Assembly (NCBI GenBank): GCA_965203355.1
Contig: OZ241889.1
Coordinates: 1,632,001 to 1,696,000 of the forward strand
Length of the DNA stretch: 64,000 nt
Direction: 5' to 3'
Source of the DNA: Candidatus Latescibacterota bacterium
GTDB taxonomy: Bacteria > Latescibacterota > UBA2968 > UBA8231
Under the pieces are notes generated by a model. That model was not told the DNA's origin and made no database searches. It saw only the letters and a list, made by a program, of their open reading frames with translations. Positions 1-8,413 of this stretch are shown here, piece after piece; the first letter of the stretch is position 1; the number at the start of each line of letters is the position of its first letter. The translations under genes were made by a program, and so were the position numbers.

Positions 1-840
1 GTGGGTGGTGCTGCTGACCGGAAGATAAACGTAGCCTAGCTCGTCATCGGCGCTCATCGCGGACCACACATTGGCTTGGCCAAAGGTCTGCCACGCGTCG
101 TTTTCCCAAGTGTCGTTGCCGTACTCGCCTTCCTGCGGCACGGTCTGAAAAACCCACACTTGCTCGCCGGTGTGGGCGTCAAAGCCGCGCACGTCGCCCG
201 GGGTGGAGTATTTGGCGGGAGGCCGGTCGTGCCAGTCGGTGATGCCAGCGCCCACCACCACTACGTTGCGGCAGACAACCGGCGGTGAGGTGACGCAGTA
301 GCGGCTGCGGTCGATGCGGCGGCGCAGCCCTTTGCTTAGATCGACGGAGCCTCCCTCGCCGAATGCTGGGTCGGGTTGGCCGGTCTCGACGTCGATCGAA
401 TAGAGGCGATCGGAAGCCGTGCCGTAGAAGATGCGCTTCTTGCCGCCGCTTTCCCAGTAGGCGATGCCGCGCGAAAAGCCCCAGAAATCGCCCCGGTCCT
501 TCCACGCCTGCGGGTCAAAGGTCCACAGCGTCTCGCCGCTTGTCGGGTTGATGGCGCAGAGGACGTTGAACGGCGATCCGTAATAGAGCACCCCGTTGAC
601 GACCAGCGGTGTGCCCTTGTTCGCTCGGGTCCAGATACCCTCGGCCGCGGCGATTGCGCTGTCTGGGACCGTGTAACGCCAAACTTCCCGCAGCCGGGCG
701 AAGTTGGCGCCGTCAATCTGCGACAGGGGAGCGTATTTGCTGCTCTTGGCGTCGGCTGCGTAATAGGGCCATTCTTCGCTCTGAACGGAGTCGGCGATGA
801 GAATCAGCAACGCGCCGATTAACCACTTTGTTTTGTGCAT
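1..840 (-). CDS. PQQ-dependent (quinoprotein glucose-type) dehydrogenase, 5' part; runs off the window start
   Basis: Hand translation from ATG at 840: signal peptide MHKTKWLIGALLILIA, then EWPYYAADAKSSKYAPLSQID, TPLVVNGVLY, TSPPVV, PGDVRGFDAHTG, ANVWSAMSADDELGYVYLP. Missing from the ORF track because it has no stop in the window. Confidence 0.9.
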   Translation of the reverse strand, partial: MHKTKWLIGALLILIADSVQSEEWPYYAADAKSSKYAPLSQIDGANFARLREVWRYTVPDSAIAAAEGIWTRANKGTPLVVNGVLYYGSPFNVLCAINPTSGETLWTFDPQAWKDRGDFWGFSRGIAYWESGGKKRIFYGTASDRLYSIDVETGQPDPAFGEGGSVDLSKGLRRRIDRSRYCVTSPPVVCRNVVVVGAGITDWHDRPPAKYSTPGDVRGFDAHTGEQVWVFQTVPQEGEYGNDTWENDAWQTFGQANVWSAMSADDELGYVYLPVSSTTH

Positions 841-866
841 GAGGTGGGGCTTTCTCGCTATAATGG

Positions 867-2432
867 TCATTCGGCCAAGCCTTGGTAGAGGGCGCTGATT
901 TCCGCGGTGGTCAGGACGCGCCCGTAGAGCCGGGCGTCGTCTAAGGCCCCGGTGAAGAAAAAGCCCGTTTCGTCGAGGTTTTTCGCGCCGATGTAGATGG
1001 GCTGGTCGGGCGAGGTTGCGACCGCACTCTGCTTCTGCTCCTGCAACGCACCATTGACGAAGAGCCGGTGGTAATCGCCGTCGAAGACTGCGGCGAAATG
1101 GTACCAGCGCTCTGGGTGCAAAAGGAGCTTGGAGTGGAGATCGTCGCGGTCGCCTCGCATCCGGTGCCAGGTGACGCGCCGTCCTAAGGTGCTGAGCTGG
1201 AAGACGCGCACTCCGCCGCCGTTGTCCTGCGCCCAGATGCAGTTGTTCCACCAGTTCGGGCGCGTTTCGACCTCGTTGTATTTGGCCCAGATGGAGACGC
1301 TGAACGGGCCATCCAGCAAAAAGCCTTCGATATCGACGACCGCCTCGCCATCAAAATAACCAGCGCTATCTTTGCCACCGGCGCGGTCCTCGGTAAACAC
1401 TACGTCGATGTTTTTAAGCGGGCGCTGATGCGGGCTGGTGTCGCGGACCTCGCCGTCGAATAGGATTTCAATGAGCAGGTCCGCGCGGCCGGGCGGGCTG
1501 GGCTCGGGTAGCCCGGCGCCCGGGTCGGCGGCTTCGTCGCCCCAGCGCACCTCCACGTCGTACCAGTCGGCGCCGCTATCTTGGTCGGCAAAGACGATGC
1601 TGAGGGTGTCGCCGGGTGCGCGAGGCTCCCTTTCCAACTGCGCGACGTCGCGCGCTTCGTGTTTGACTAGGCGATAGTGCGCGTTGGCCGGCCAGGCGAC
1701 CGCGGTGGCAAAATGCACCTTGCGGGTCCGGTCGCCCTGCCAGACGGGTTGCCAGCGCACCCCATTGACCTCGACAGGTGAGAAGCCGTCGCCGTCCTCG
1801 TGCCGCCCGGGCAGGGTGCCGTAGCGGTGCTCAATCCACAGGCCCTCGTCATCGGCGAATACTTCTTCGCCGCCGTCGACGAAGATGCGGACGCGCAGTC
1901 GCTCGCCGTGCGGCTCGACCTCGACCGTCTTGTATTCCTCGGCGGGCACTTGCTGGAGGACGCCGGCGATCTTCCAAGCATCTTCTACCCGATTGAGTAG
2001 GTAGGCGTTGTATTGCTCATCGCCCACCGGGCCGGACGCGCCCACTAAGTGTTCCTGCGTTATGGCCATCGCCCGGTCGCCCCACAGGAGGACATCGAAA
2101 AACTGGGCCTTCTTGACGTACTGGTGGATCGCTTGGTCGTAGTCCCAGCCGTCGCCGCCGGTCCACTCGCCAATGATGCCGTTGAGGAACTCCTCGCGGG
2201 ACTGCACCTTGCGCAAAATCCAGGTCTGCGGCTCTTGGCGACGGCGCATGTCGAGCTCGATGACGCTCTCGCCGATCAGGTCTTCGACCGCGACAAAGTC
2301 CTGCTGGTTCCACGCCTCGTAAAAGTGCTGTACTACATCCTGTATCTGCTGAAGATCAGGACGCTCGTCGCCAAAGACCAAGACAGGATACAAGAGGCCC
2401 AGAGCCAGTAAAACATTTGCTACAGCGTTCAT
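867..2432 (-). CDS. Secreted protein: N-terminal NTF2/SnoaL-like domain and C-terminal LamG/concanavalin A-like domain
   Basis: Signal peptide; VVQHFYEAWNQQD...LNRVEDAWKI is NTF2-like; WYHFAAVFDG..RLFVNG..IYIG..FFTGALDDARLYGRVLT is LamG-like. ATG at 2432 follows a GGGGG RBS. Confidence 0.7.
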   Translation of the reverse strand: MNAVANVLLALGLLYPVLVFGDERPDLQQIQDVVQHFYEAWNQQDFVAVEDLIGESVIELDMRRRQEPQTWILRKVQSREEFLNGIIGEWTGGDGWDYDQAIHQYVKKAQFFDVLLWGDRAMAITQEHLVGASGPVGDEQYNAYLLNRVEDAWKIAGVLQQVPAEEYKTVEVEPHGERLRVRIFVDGGEEVFADDEGLWIEHRYGTLPGRHEDGDGFSPVEVNGVRWQPVWQGDRTRKVHFATAVAWPANAHYRLVKHEARDVAQLEREPRAPGDTLSIVFADQDSGADWYDVEVRWGDEAADPGAGLPEPSPPGRADLLIEILFDGEVRDTSPHQRPLKNIDVVFTEDRAGGKDSAGYFDGEAVVDIEGFLLDGPFSVSIWAKYNEVETRPNWWNNCIWAQDNGGGVRVFQLSTLGRRVTWHRMRGDRDDLHSKLLLHPERWYHFAAVFDGDYHRLFVNGALQEQKQSAVATSPDQPIYIGAKNLDETGFFFTGALDDARLYGRVLTTAEISALYQGLAE

Positions 2433-2578
2433 ATTCCCCCGCAAAGGCTGCGCGATTGTGCGCTACAGCATCAAAGCACGAGGGGCCATTGAACAGTGTC
2501 AATCGCTTGGCCGCTTGGATGGGGAGAGGCGGTTGAACTGCGCTATTGAAAGGGGCCTATCATTCGCCGCCGGGCGAT

Positions 2579-3820
2579 TTAGAGCAGGATCCCGGCCACG
2601 CAGGCGGTCATAAAGCAGGCGAGGGAGCCGCCCAGCATGGCGCGAAAACCCAGCCGCGCCAAGTCGCGCCGCCGCTCGGGAGCAATGCCGCCGATGCCGC
2701 CGAGTTGGATGCCAATGCTACTGAAGTTGGCAAAACCACACAGGGCATAGGTCAGGATAACCACCGAGCGCTGGCTTAGCTCTACGCCCGATCCGGGCTG
2801 AATCCACTGGCTCAGTTGGACGTACGAGACGAATTCGTTGGCCACCATTTTCTTGCCCAACAACTCGCCGGCCAGCAAACAATCTTTGGCTTCAATGCCC
2901 ATCAACCAAGCAAAGGGCGCGAATAGATAACCCAACGCCGCGGACAAAGACCACGCTAGATCTTCCATACCGAGCATGTAGCCTACGCCTTGGCCCAACA
3001 GACCCAGCGCTCCATCTACTAAGGCGATCAACCCCAGTGCCGCAATGAGCATGGCGGCCACGTTCAGGGCCAGCCGCAGGCCGTCCAAGGTGCCGTTGGC
3101 CGCGGCTTCCACCACATTGGTGGCCGTGCGCTCTACCTCAAGCGACACCCGCCCCAGCGTTTTGGACGCTTCCACTTCGGGCTGCATCACTTTGGCCACC
3201 AATAGTGCCGCCGGAGCCGAGATCACCGAGGCGGCTACCAAGTGCCCAGCGTCCATGCCCAGGCCCACGAAGGCCGCTAATACGCCTCCGGCAATGGTGG
3301 CAAAGCCGCCGACCATCAAGGCCATCAATTCCGACCGGGTCATGCTGGCCACGTACGGGCGCACCACCAGCGGAGCCTCGGTCTGGCCGACGAAGATGTT
3401 GGCCGCCGCGGCTAGGCTTTCCGCGCCCGAGGTGCGCAGGGTACGCTGCATGACCCAAGCGAAAGCCGCTATCACATACTGCACTAGCCCCAAGTGGTAG
3501 AGCACACCCATTAGGGCGGCAAAGAAGATAATGGTCGGCAGGACCTTGAAAGCGAAGAAATGCTCGCCGAATGCGTCGCCAAAGACAAAACTAGAGCCGG
3601 CATCGACGTAGTTGAGCAAGGCGGTGAAAAAAGCACCGATGTAACCGAAAAATGCCTGCCCAGGTCCGGTCTTGAGGACGAGTAGGGCGAGGAGAAATTG
3701 CAGCCCCACGCCAGCCGCTACCAAGCGGAGATTTACGTTGCGGCGATCGGTGCTCATGGCGAAGACGAGGGCGATCATCACCAAAAGTCCGAATAGACTG
3801 ATCAACCGTTCCATCGGCAT
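2579..3820 (-). CDS. nupC: NupC/CNT family concentrative nucleoside transporter
   Basis: FAFKVLPTIIFF, NIFVGQTEAPL, GFATIAGGV, NEFVSY, YALCGFANFSSIGIQLGG. Confidence 0.93.
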   Translation of the reverse strand: MPMERLISLFGLLVMIALVFAMSTDRRNVNLRLVAAGVGLQFLLALLVLKTGPGQAFFGYIGAFFTALLNYVDAGSSFVFGDAFGEHFFAFKVLPTIIFFAALMGVLYHLGLVQYVIAAFAWVMQRTLRTSGAESLAAAANIFVGQTEAPLVVRPYVASMTRSELMALMVGGFATIAGGVLAAFVGLGMDAGHLVAASVISAPAALLVAKVMQPEVEASKTLGRVSLEVERTATNVVEAAANGTLDGLRLALNVAAMLIAALGLIALVDGALGLLGQGVGYMLGMEDLAWSLSAALGYLFAPFAWLMGIEAKDCLLAGELLGKKMVANEFVSYVQLSQWIQPGSGVELSQRSVVILTYALCGFANFSSIGIQLGGIGGIAPERRRDLARLGFRAMLGGSLACFMTACVAGILL

Positions 3821-3904
3821 CTGCTTTTTTCGGCGATAGTTAAAAAAAGAAACCCGCAGCGCATCTGCTCAATGTGGTAGGCGGCTGAGCGATGCCAAGA
3901 GAAT

Positions 3905-4549
3905 TTATCGACGCCAAGCTGCTTTTAGGTGGCCCCAAGTGGTTGCGGCGATAGCACTGGATGTGCCAACGGGATGGAATTCCCAGGTCGCGACGCCAGT
4001 CTCCCGCGAGGTCGTGAGAAGCAGGGTATCCCCTTCAATGGCATACGAGCTAATTCCCAACTCATTGAGTACGGCGAGGAATTGCACCTGAGCGAGTTCA
4101 GCGAAAAATGCGTCGATAAATTCCCGTTCAAAGGCCGGGTAGTTTTCAGCGGGGATTTCGTGCGAGTCGGCTACATAGCGGGCAAAGTCGCGGGCTACTT
4201 GGGTGAAGAATTCGACGAAGCCTTTGCCGTCCACTGAAATGTCTAATGCGTCTATACCCAGCACGAGATTGTTGCCAAAGATGCTATACGTGCCGGTGCC
4301 GTGGGCGACAATCGTCTCTATGGTGGGGGGTTGCGGGACTTGGACGGCGGCGAGGAAATCGTCTTTTACCTGAATGACTTGGTCGATCGCAAAGGCTCCA
4401 TCTGCCTCAAAGGTCAGGCGAATGGCAATCTCGCCGATTTGTGCATCGCTGATGGTGCTCTCCCAAGTGCCGTGCAGAGCCTCTTGCTGAGCATGGCTCG
4501 ACGCCGCGAGCAGGCAGAGTAAGAGGACAGACGACGGGAACTGGCGCAT
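3905..4549 (-). CDS. Secreted hypothetical protein with C-terminal TTWGxLK motif
   Basis: ATG at 4549 with AGGAG RBS; signal peptide ending ASSHA; ends SAIAATTWGHLKAAWRR. Confidence 0.7.
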   Translation of the reverse strand: MRQFPSSVLLLCLLAASSHAQQEALHGTWESTISDAQIGEIAIRLTFEADGAFAIDQVIQVKDDFLAAVQVPQPPTIETIVAHGTGTYSIFGNNLVLGIDALDISVDGKGFVEFFTQVARDFARYVADSHEIPAENYPAFEREFIDAFFAELAQVQFLAVLNELGISSYAIEGDTLLLTTSRETGVATWEFHPVGTSSAIAATTWGHLKAAWRR

Positions 4550-4569
4550 AAGGGATCTCCTGTGCAGGG

Positions 4570-5562
4570 TCATTCGTACAAATGGGCGACGTACTCGGCG
4601 TAGCCGTTGTAGGGGAGGGTCTCGCGTCGTTCGGGCGCGTGGGGATCGGTGGTGATGAAGCCTTCGCTGGCTTGCGACCAGCGAGGATGGGGAACGTCCG
4701 GCTCGACATTGGAGAAAAAGCCGTACTCGTGTGGCGCTAGGGTGTTCCAAAAAGTCGCTGGCTGTCCGCTGGTGAATTCGATTTTAGTGATCGACTTGAG
4801 GCCCTTGTAGCCGTATTTCCAGGGCGTTACCAAGCGCAGAGGGGCCCCGTGTTGCTTGGGTAGCTCATGGCCGTAGATGCCCGTCGCCAGCAAAGTCAAC
4901 TCATGGGTCGCTTCCGCCATGGTTAGGCCCTCGGTGTAGGGCCAAGGCCAATCGGAGCGATCCCATTGTACTGGGGCGACCTCGGGGTTGAAAAAGGAGA
5001 CCAAGCGCACGTAGCGGGCCGACGATAGCGGCTGGACAAGTTTGATGAGATCCCGCATGGGGAAGCCCGTCCACGGGATGGCCATGGACCAAGCCTCGAC
5101 GCAGCGGTGGCGATAGAGGCGCTCTTCTAGGTCCATGATGCCGATTAGGTAGTCGATATCGTAGGTCTTGGGCTGCTCCACTAAGCCGCTTATTTCCACG
5201 GTCCAAGGGGCCGGCGCAAAATTGTCTATGAAACGCCAGACATCTTTGGCGGTGGAGAATTCATAGAAGTTGTTGTACCGGGCCGCTACGGCCTCGTCGG
5301 TGAGCGGCCGGTCGAGCGTGGACCAAGCCTCGTTAGTTGGAGCCGGGTACCACTCTGATGGCGGGGTTGGCTCGATGGGCGCGGGACTGAGGTGTTTTGT
5401 TGGATCGACGAGCGTGGCTGGATTGAGGAGTTTTTCGGGGATGCATCCGGCCAACAGGCCGATGGTGCCCAAGCCCGCTCGGCGGATGAACTTGCGCCGG
5501 TTGAGATAGACAGCTTCGTCGGTGGCTTGGTGCTCGGGAAGGGCCCATTTGTTGCGCGGCAT
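4570..5562 (-). CDS. msrP: Protein-methionine-sulfoxide reductase catalytic subunit MsrP (YedY), Tat-exported molybdoenzyme
   Basis: NRRKFI twin-arginine motif, YNNFYEF, HRCVEAWSM, HGAPLRLVTPWKYGYKGLKSI, NVEPDVPHPRWSQASE; ATG at 5562 with AAGGAGG RBS. Confidence 0.95.
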   Translation of the reverse strand: MPRNKWALPEHQATDEAVYLNRRKFIRRAGLGTIGLLAGCIPEKLLNPATLVDPTKHLSPAPIEPTPPSEWYPAPTNEAWSTLDRPLTDEAVAARYNNFYEFSTAKDVWRFIDNFAPAPWTVEISGLVEQPKTYDIDYLIGIMDLEERLYRHRCVEAWSMAIPWTGFPMRDLIKLVQPLSSARYVRLVSFFNPEVAPVQWDRSDWPWPYTEGLTMAEATHELTLLATGIYGHELPKQHGAPLRLVTPWKYGYKGLKSITKIEFTSGQPATFWNTLAPHEYGFFSNVEPDVPHPRWSQASEGFITTDPHAPERRETLPYNGYAEYVAHLYE

Positions 5563-5626
5563 CACAGCCTCCTTGCAATAGTTATGAGAGGACAATATAA
5601 CCGATTGGCGCTGCCGCCGCGATTTT

Positions 5627-6607
5627 TTAACGCTTGAAAGCCAGCCCGGCCGCGTAGGTCGTGCCCGCCGCGGTATTGCAGCCGGCCGCAATGTGGAATA
5701 GGTCAACGCCGATTTCGAGGTGCTTACTGAGCGACCAGCTCAAGCCTGGGGCCAGCTTGAGGATGTTTTGGTCGCCGACCAGACCGCCTTGTCCCATCGC
5801 GCCGCAATCACCCAGGGTGCGCGTCCCCTCGACCGCGCCTTTGACTAGCAGGCGTTTATAGGTGACGCCGGCTTCAACGCCGTAGAAGAATTCGTCGCTA
5901 AAGGCTCCGCCTCGCTTGCGATAGCCGACCGCGCTCGTCCAATAGCCGGGGAGTGGATACAGCGACTTGCCCACCAACAGGCGCATGTCGATGTCGCGCT
6001 CGCCCGTGCCCAAGAGGACCTTGTCGTCGGCATCGGCGCCGCCATCTACTGGACTCGGCCCCAAGCCAAGCCCGCCCGCGCCGAGGGAGCCAATGCGCTC
6101 TTGCTCCACGTCGTAGCCCAAGGGGAATTTGCCCCCTAGCGCGAGCGAGACTACCGCTGGATTGCGCAGCAAGCGCCAGCGCAGGCGCAGTTCCAAATCG
6201 GCCAGCCCCGAGTTGATTTCGTCGGGATGGATGCGGGTTATGGTGGTATCGAGCAGGTCGCTTTTGAATGCCTTCACCTCGGTATTCTTGTACACTAAGC
6301 GCTTATAGGGTAGGGTGGCCACCAAGGTCAAGTGCTCTCGCAAACCGCATTCTAGGTAAGCCGATATACTCTCGTCGCTCAATGCTTCCACGCTGGGTTT
6401 TGCCGCGCGTGCCCGCCGCTCGCCGGCGATGTCCAGATAGTCTTGCGAGTGAAAGGAAAGTCCGGCGATTTTGAAGTACATGCCGCCTGGAGCCAGCGTC
6501 CAAGCACCAGCGTGTAGTTGGGCGGGGGCGATTGCTAGCAGGATAGCCGCCAGCGGGATCCAGGGTCGCCGTGGGCGGAGCGAATTGGGTCGAGTGTTGG
6601 AGTGCAT
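5627..6607 (-). CDS. Hypothetical outer-membrane beta-barrel-like protein
   Basis: Signal peptide (LHA-GAWT), alternating amphipathic beta segments, aromatic residue near C-terminus (GLAFKR). Confidence 0.6.
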   Translation of the reverse strand: MHSNTRPNSLRPRRPWIPLAAILLAIAPAQLHAGAWTLAPGGMYFKIAGLSFHSQDYLDIAGERRARAAKPSVEALSDESISAYLECGLREHLTLVATLPYKRLVYKNTEVKAFKSDLLDTTITRIHPDEINSGLADLELRLRWRLLRNPAVVSLALGGKFPLGYDVEQERIGSLGAGGLGLGPSPVDGGADADDKVLLGTGERDIDMRLLVGKSLYPLPGYWTSAVGYRKRGGAFSDEFFYGVEAGVTYKRLLVKGAVEGTRTLGDCGAMGQGGLVGDQNILKLAPGLSWSLSKHLEIGVDLFHIAAGCNTAAGTTYAAGLAFKR

Positions 6608-6626
6608 AAAATTTCTCGCGGAATGG

Positions 6627-6804
6627 GTTAGTGGTCAGTGGTTAGTGGTCCGTGGTCCGTCCCCTCCGCTCGTAGGGTGTGGTGCGGCGACTGGTCACTG
6701 GCCACCGGTCACCGGCCACTGATTGGTCCGTGGTCCGTCCCCTCTGCTCGTAGGGTGTGGTGCGGCGACTGGTCACTGGCCACTGACCACCGACCACTGA
6801 TTGG
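6627..6804. repeat. Composite intergenic repeat: two ~78-bp tandem copies built from heptamer-like units with inverted arms
   Basis: Copies start at 6646 and 6724 (tggtccgtggtccgtcccct..gctcgtagggtgtggtgcggcgactggtcactggccac); gtggtcagtgg at 6631-6641 is the inverse of ccactgaccac at 6780-6790. Confidence 0.9.
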
Positions 6805-6908
6805 CCAGTCGCACGTCATAGGCGCAAACTTCGCTCTGCTTGCGCGGGTCATCGGTATTTGTAATCTATAACGTATTATTTGACAACGATACTACCGAGA
6901 ATAAGCTA

Positions 6909-7253
6909 GTGGGCATCTTTCGCGTTTCCGCCAAAATGAGAAACTGGCAGAATCGGTTCCTGCCGCCAGAGCAACAGGGCCGCGAGGTCGCCTGTGACAT
7001 GCTGGTGGGTTCCGGGGGTGCCGAACTCGTAGCCCCGCTCAAGCTCGAAAAATTGGGGGCCATGCACGTAGCTACCGCGGATGGCACCCAGCACCCATGT
7101 CGCGTTTTCGGCATGGGCGCGCTCGAGGTTCAGGGGCGGATATGTCAAGTCAGAGCCATTGAGCTGCCTCGCGGCACCCAACCGCTGCTGGGAGCCGTTC
7201 CGCTCGAAGAAATGGACCTTGTAAAGCAAAAACTGGGTAGTGGTACATTTTGA
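6909..7253 (+). pseudogene. Degenerate clan AA (retropepsin-like) aspartyl protease
   Basis: LVGSGG where the family has LVDTG/LVDSG; TADG flap and PLLGAVPLEEMD retained; appears internally shortened and C-terminally truncated. Confidence 0.65.
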
Positions 7254-7360
7254 GATTTAGCTTTACTCCCGTTAAACGGGTCGCCCCGCTCCGCCTGAAC
7301 CCCGGCCCCCAAGCCCGACCTCAACCGTACCGCGACAATTGGAGATTGCCAAATGTACCA

Positions 7361-7406
7361 TGACCAGCCACTGATCCCCAATCCCCTTTCCCCTGACCAG
7401 CCACTG
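7361..7406. repeat. 13-bp direct repeat (tgaccagccactg) enclosing cccc-containing heptamers
   Basis: Copies at 7361-7373 and 7394-7406. Confidence 0.7.
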
Positions 7407-7464
7407 CGGCACTTATAGTAATGGCCGGTGTGTGGACTGACCCCCGAGGCGAGAAAGAACAACC

Positions 7465-8166
7465 ATGCCCGCCCTGATTGCCTTTGACGCCGACGATACT
7501 TTGTGGGAAAACGAGATCTACTTTGAGACGGCCAAAGGCCACTTTAAGCATCTGTTGGCCGCCGATTGCGATCCAGCGTGGACCGAGCAGGAGCTATACG
7601 AGACCGAAATGCGCAACTTGTCCCATTTTGGCTACGGCATCAAAGGCTTCACCTTGTCGATGATCGAGACGGCCCTCGACCTGACGCGGGGCAAGGTAAC
7701 GGGGCCGCAAATCCGCCAGATTTTGGACTATGGCAAAACGCTGTTGCAAATGCCCATCAAGCCGCTATCTCACGTCGAGGAAGTGCTCGCGCACCTGTCC
7801 CAAACGCAGCCCCTGATGCTGCTGACCAAGGGCGACTTGTTCGATCAAGAAGCCAAGATCGCGCGCTCCGGTTTGGCCGACCACTTTACGCACATCGAAA
7901 TTGTCAGCGAAAAAAACGAGCAGACCTATGCGGCTCTGCTCCAGCGCCACGGCGTCGAGCCCGCGGATTTTTGCATGGTCGGCAATTCGCTCAAATCGGA
8001 TATCCTGCCGGTCGTCGCCTTGGGCGGGCACGCCGTCTATGTGCCGTACAACACCACTTGGCGCCACGAACGCGCCGAGCCTTCAGAAGCCGAGCGCCAG
8101 CAATACCACCAAATAGCCCACTTAGGCGAACTGCCCGGCCTGCTCGCCGAGCGGTTCGCAAACTAA
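7465..8166 (+). CDS. HAD-superfamily hydrolase
   Basis: FDADDTLW motif I, TKGD, MVGNSLKSDI. Confidence 0.92.
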   Translation: MPALIAFDADDTLWENEIYFETAKGHFKHLLAADCDPAWTEQELYETEMRNLSHFGYGIKGFTLSMIETALDLTRGKVTGPQIRQILDYGKTLLQMPIKPLSHVEEVLAHLSQTQPLMLLTKGDLFDQEAKIARSGLADHFTHIEIVSEKNEQTYAALLQRHGVEPADFCMVGNSLKSDILPVVALGGHAVYVPYNTTWRHERAEPSEAERQQYHQIAHLGELPGLLAERFAN

Positions 8167-8186
8167 AGCCCGGCGTTCCCACCATT

Positions 8187-8411
8187 ATGGCGCAAAAGAA
8201 AACGATCAGACAACGGACGATGGCCGGGCCGCAGGCCGTGCGGACCATTACGGCCGGCCTCTACAAGCTCATGCTGTCCGAGGTGACACCTCGGCAATCC
8301 GAGGGAAATCACCATGCTGAATTTGGCCCCCAAGATCATCGCCATGGCCTTCGGCGCGTTGCCGCGTGGGGCCGGACGATTGCATGGTTCAAACGAGAAT
8401 TGGAGCAATAG
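8187..8411 (+). pseudogene. Short ORF, possible alpha/beta-hydrolase C-terminal remnant
   Basis: Ends HG...AAWGRTIAWFKREL, like the end of dienelactone hydrolase/S9 peptidase proteins; no nucleophile motif. Confidence 0.3.
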
Positions 8412-8413
8412 CT

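Noticed and set aside
6646-6804. CRISPR array
   Set aside because: Only two units, the would-be spacers are nearly identical, and there are no cas genes
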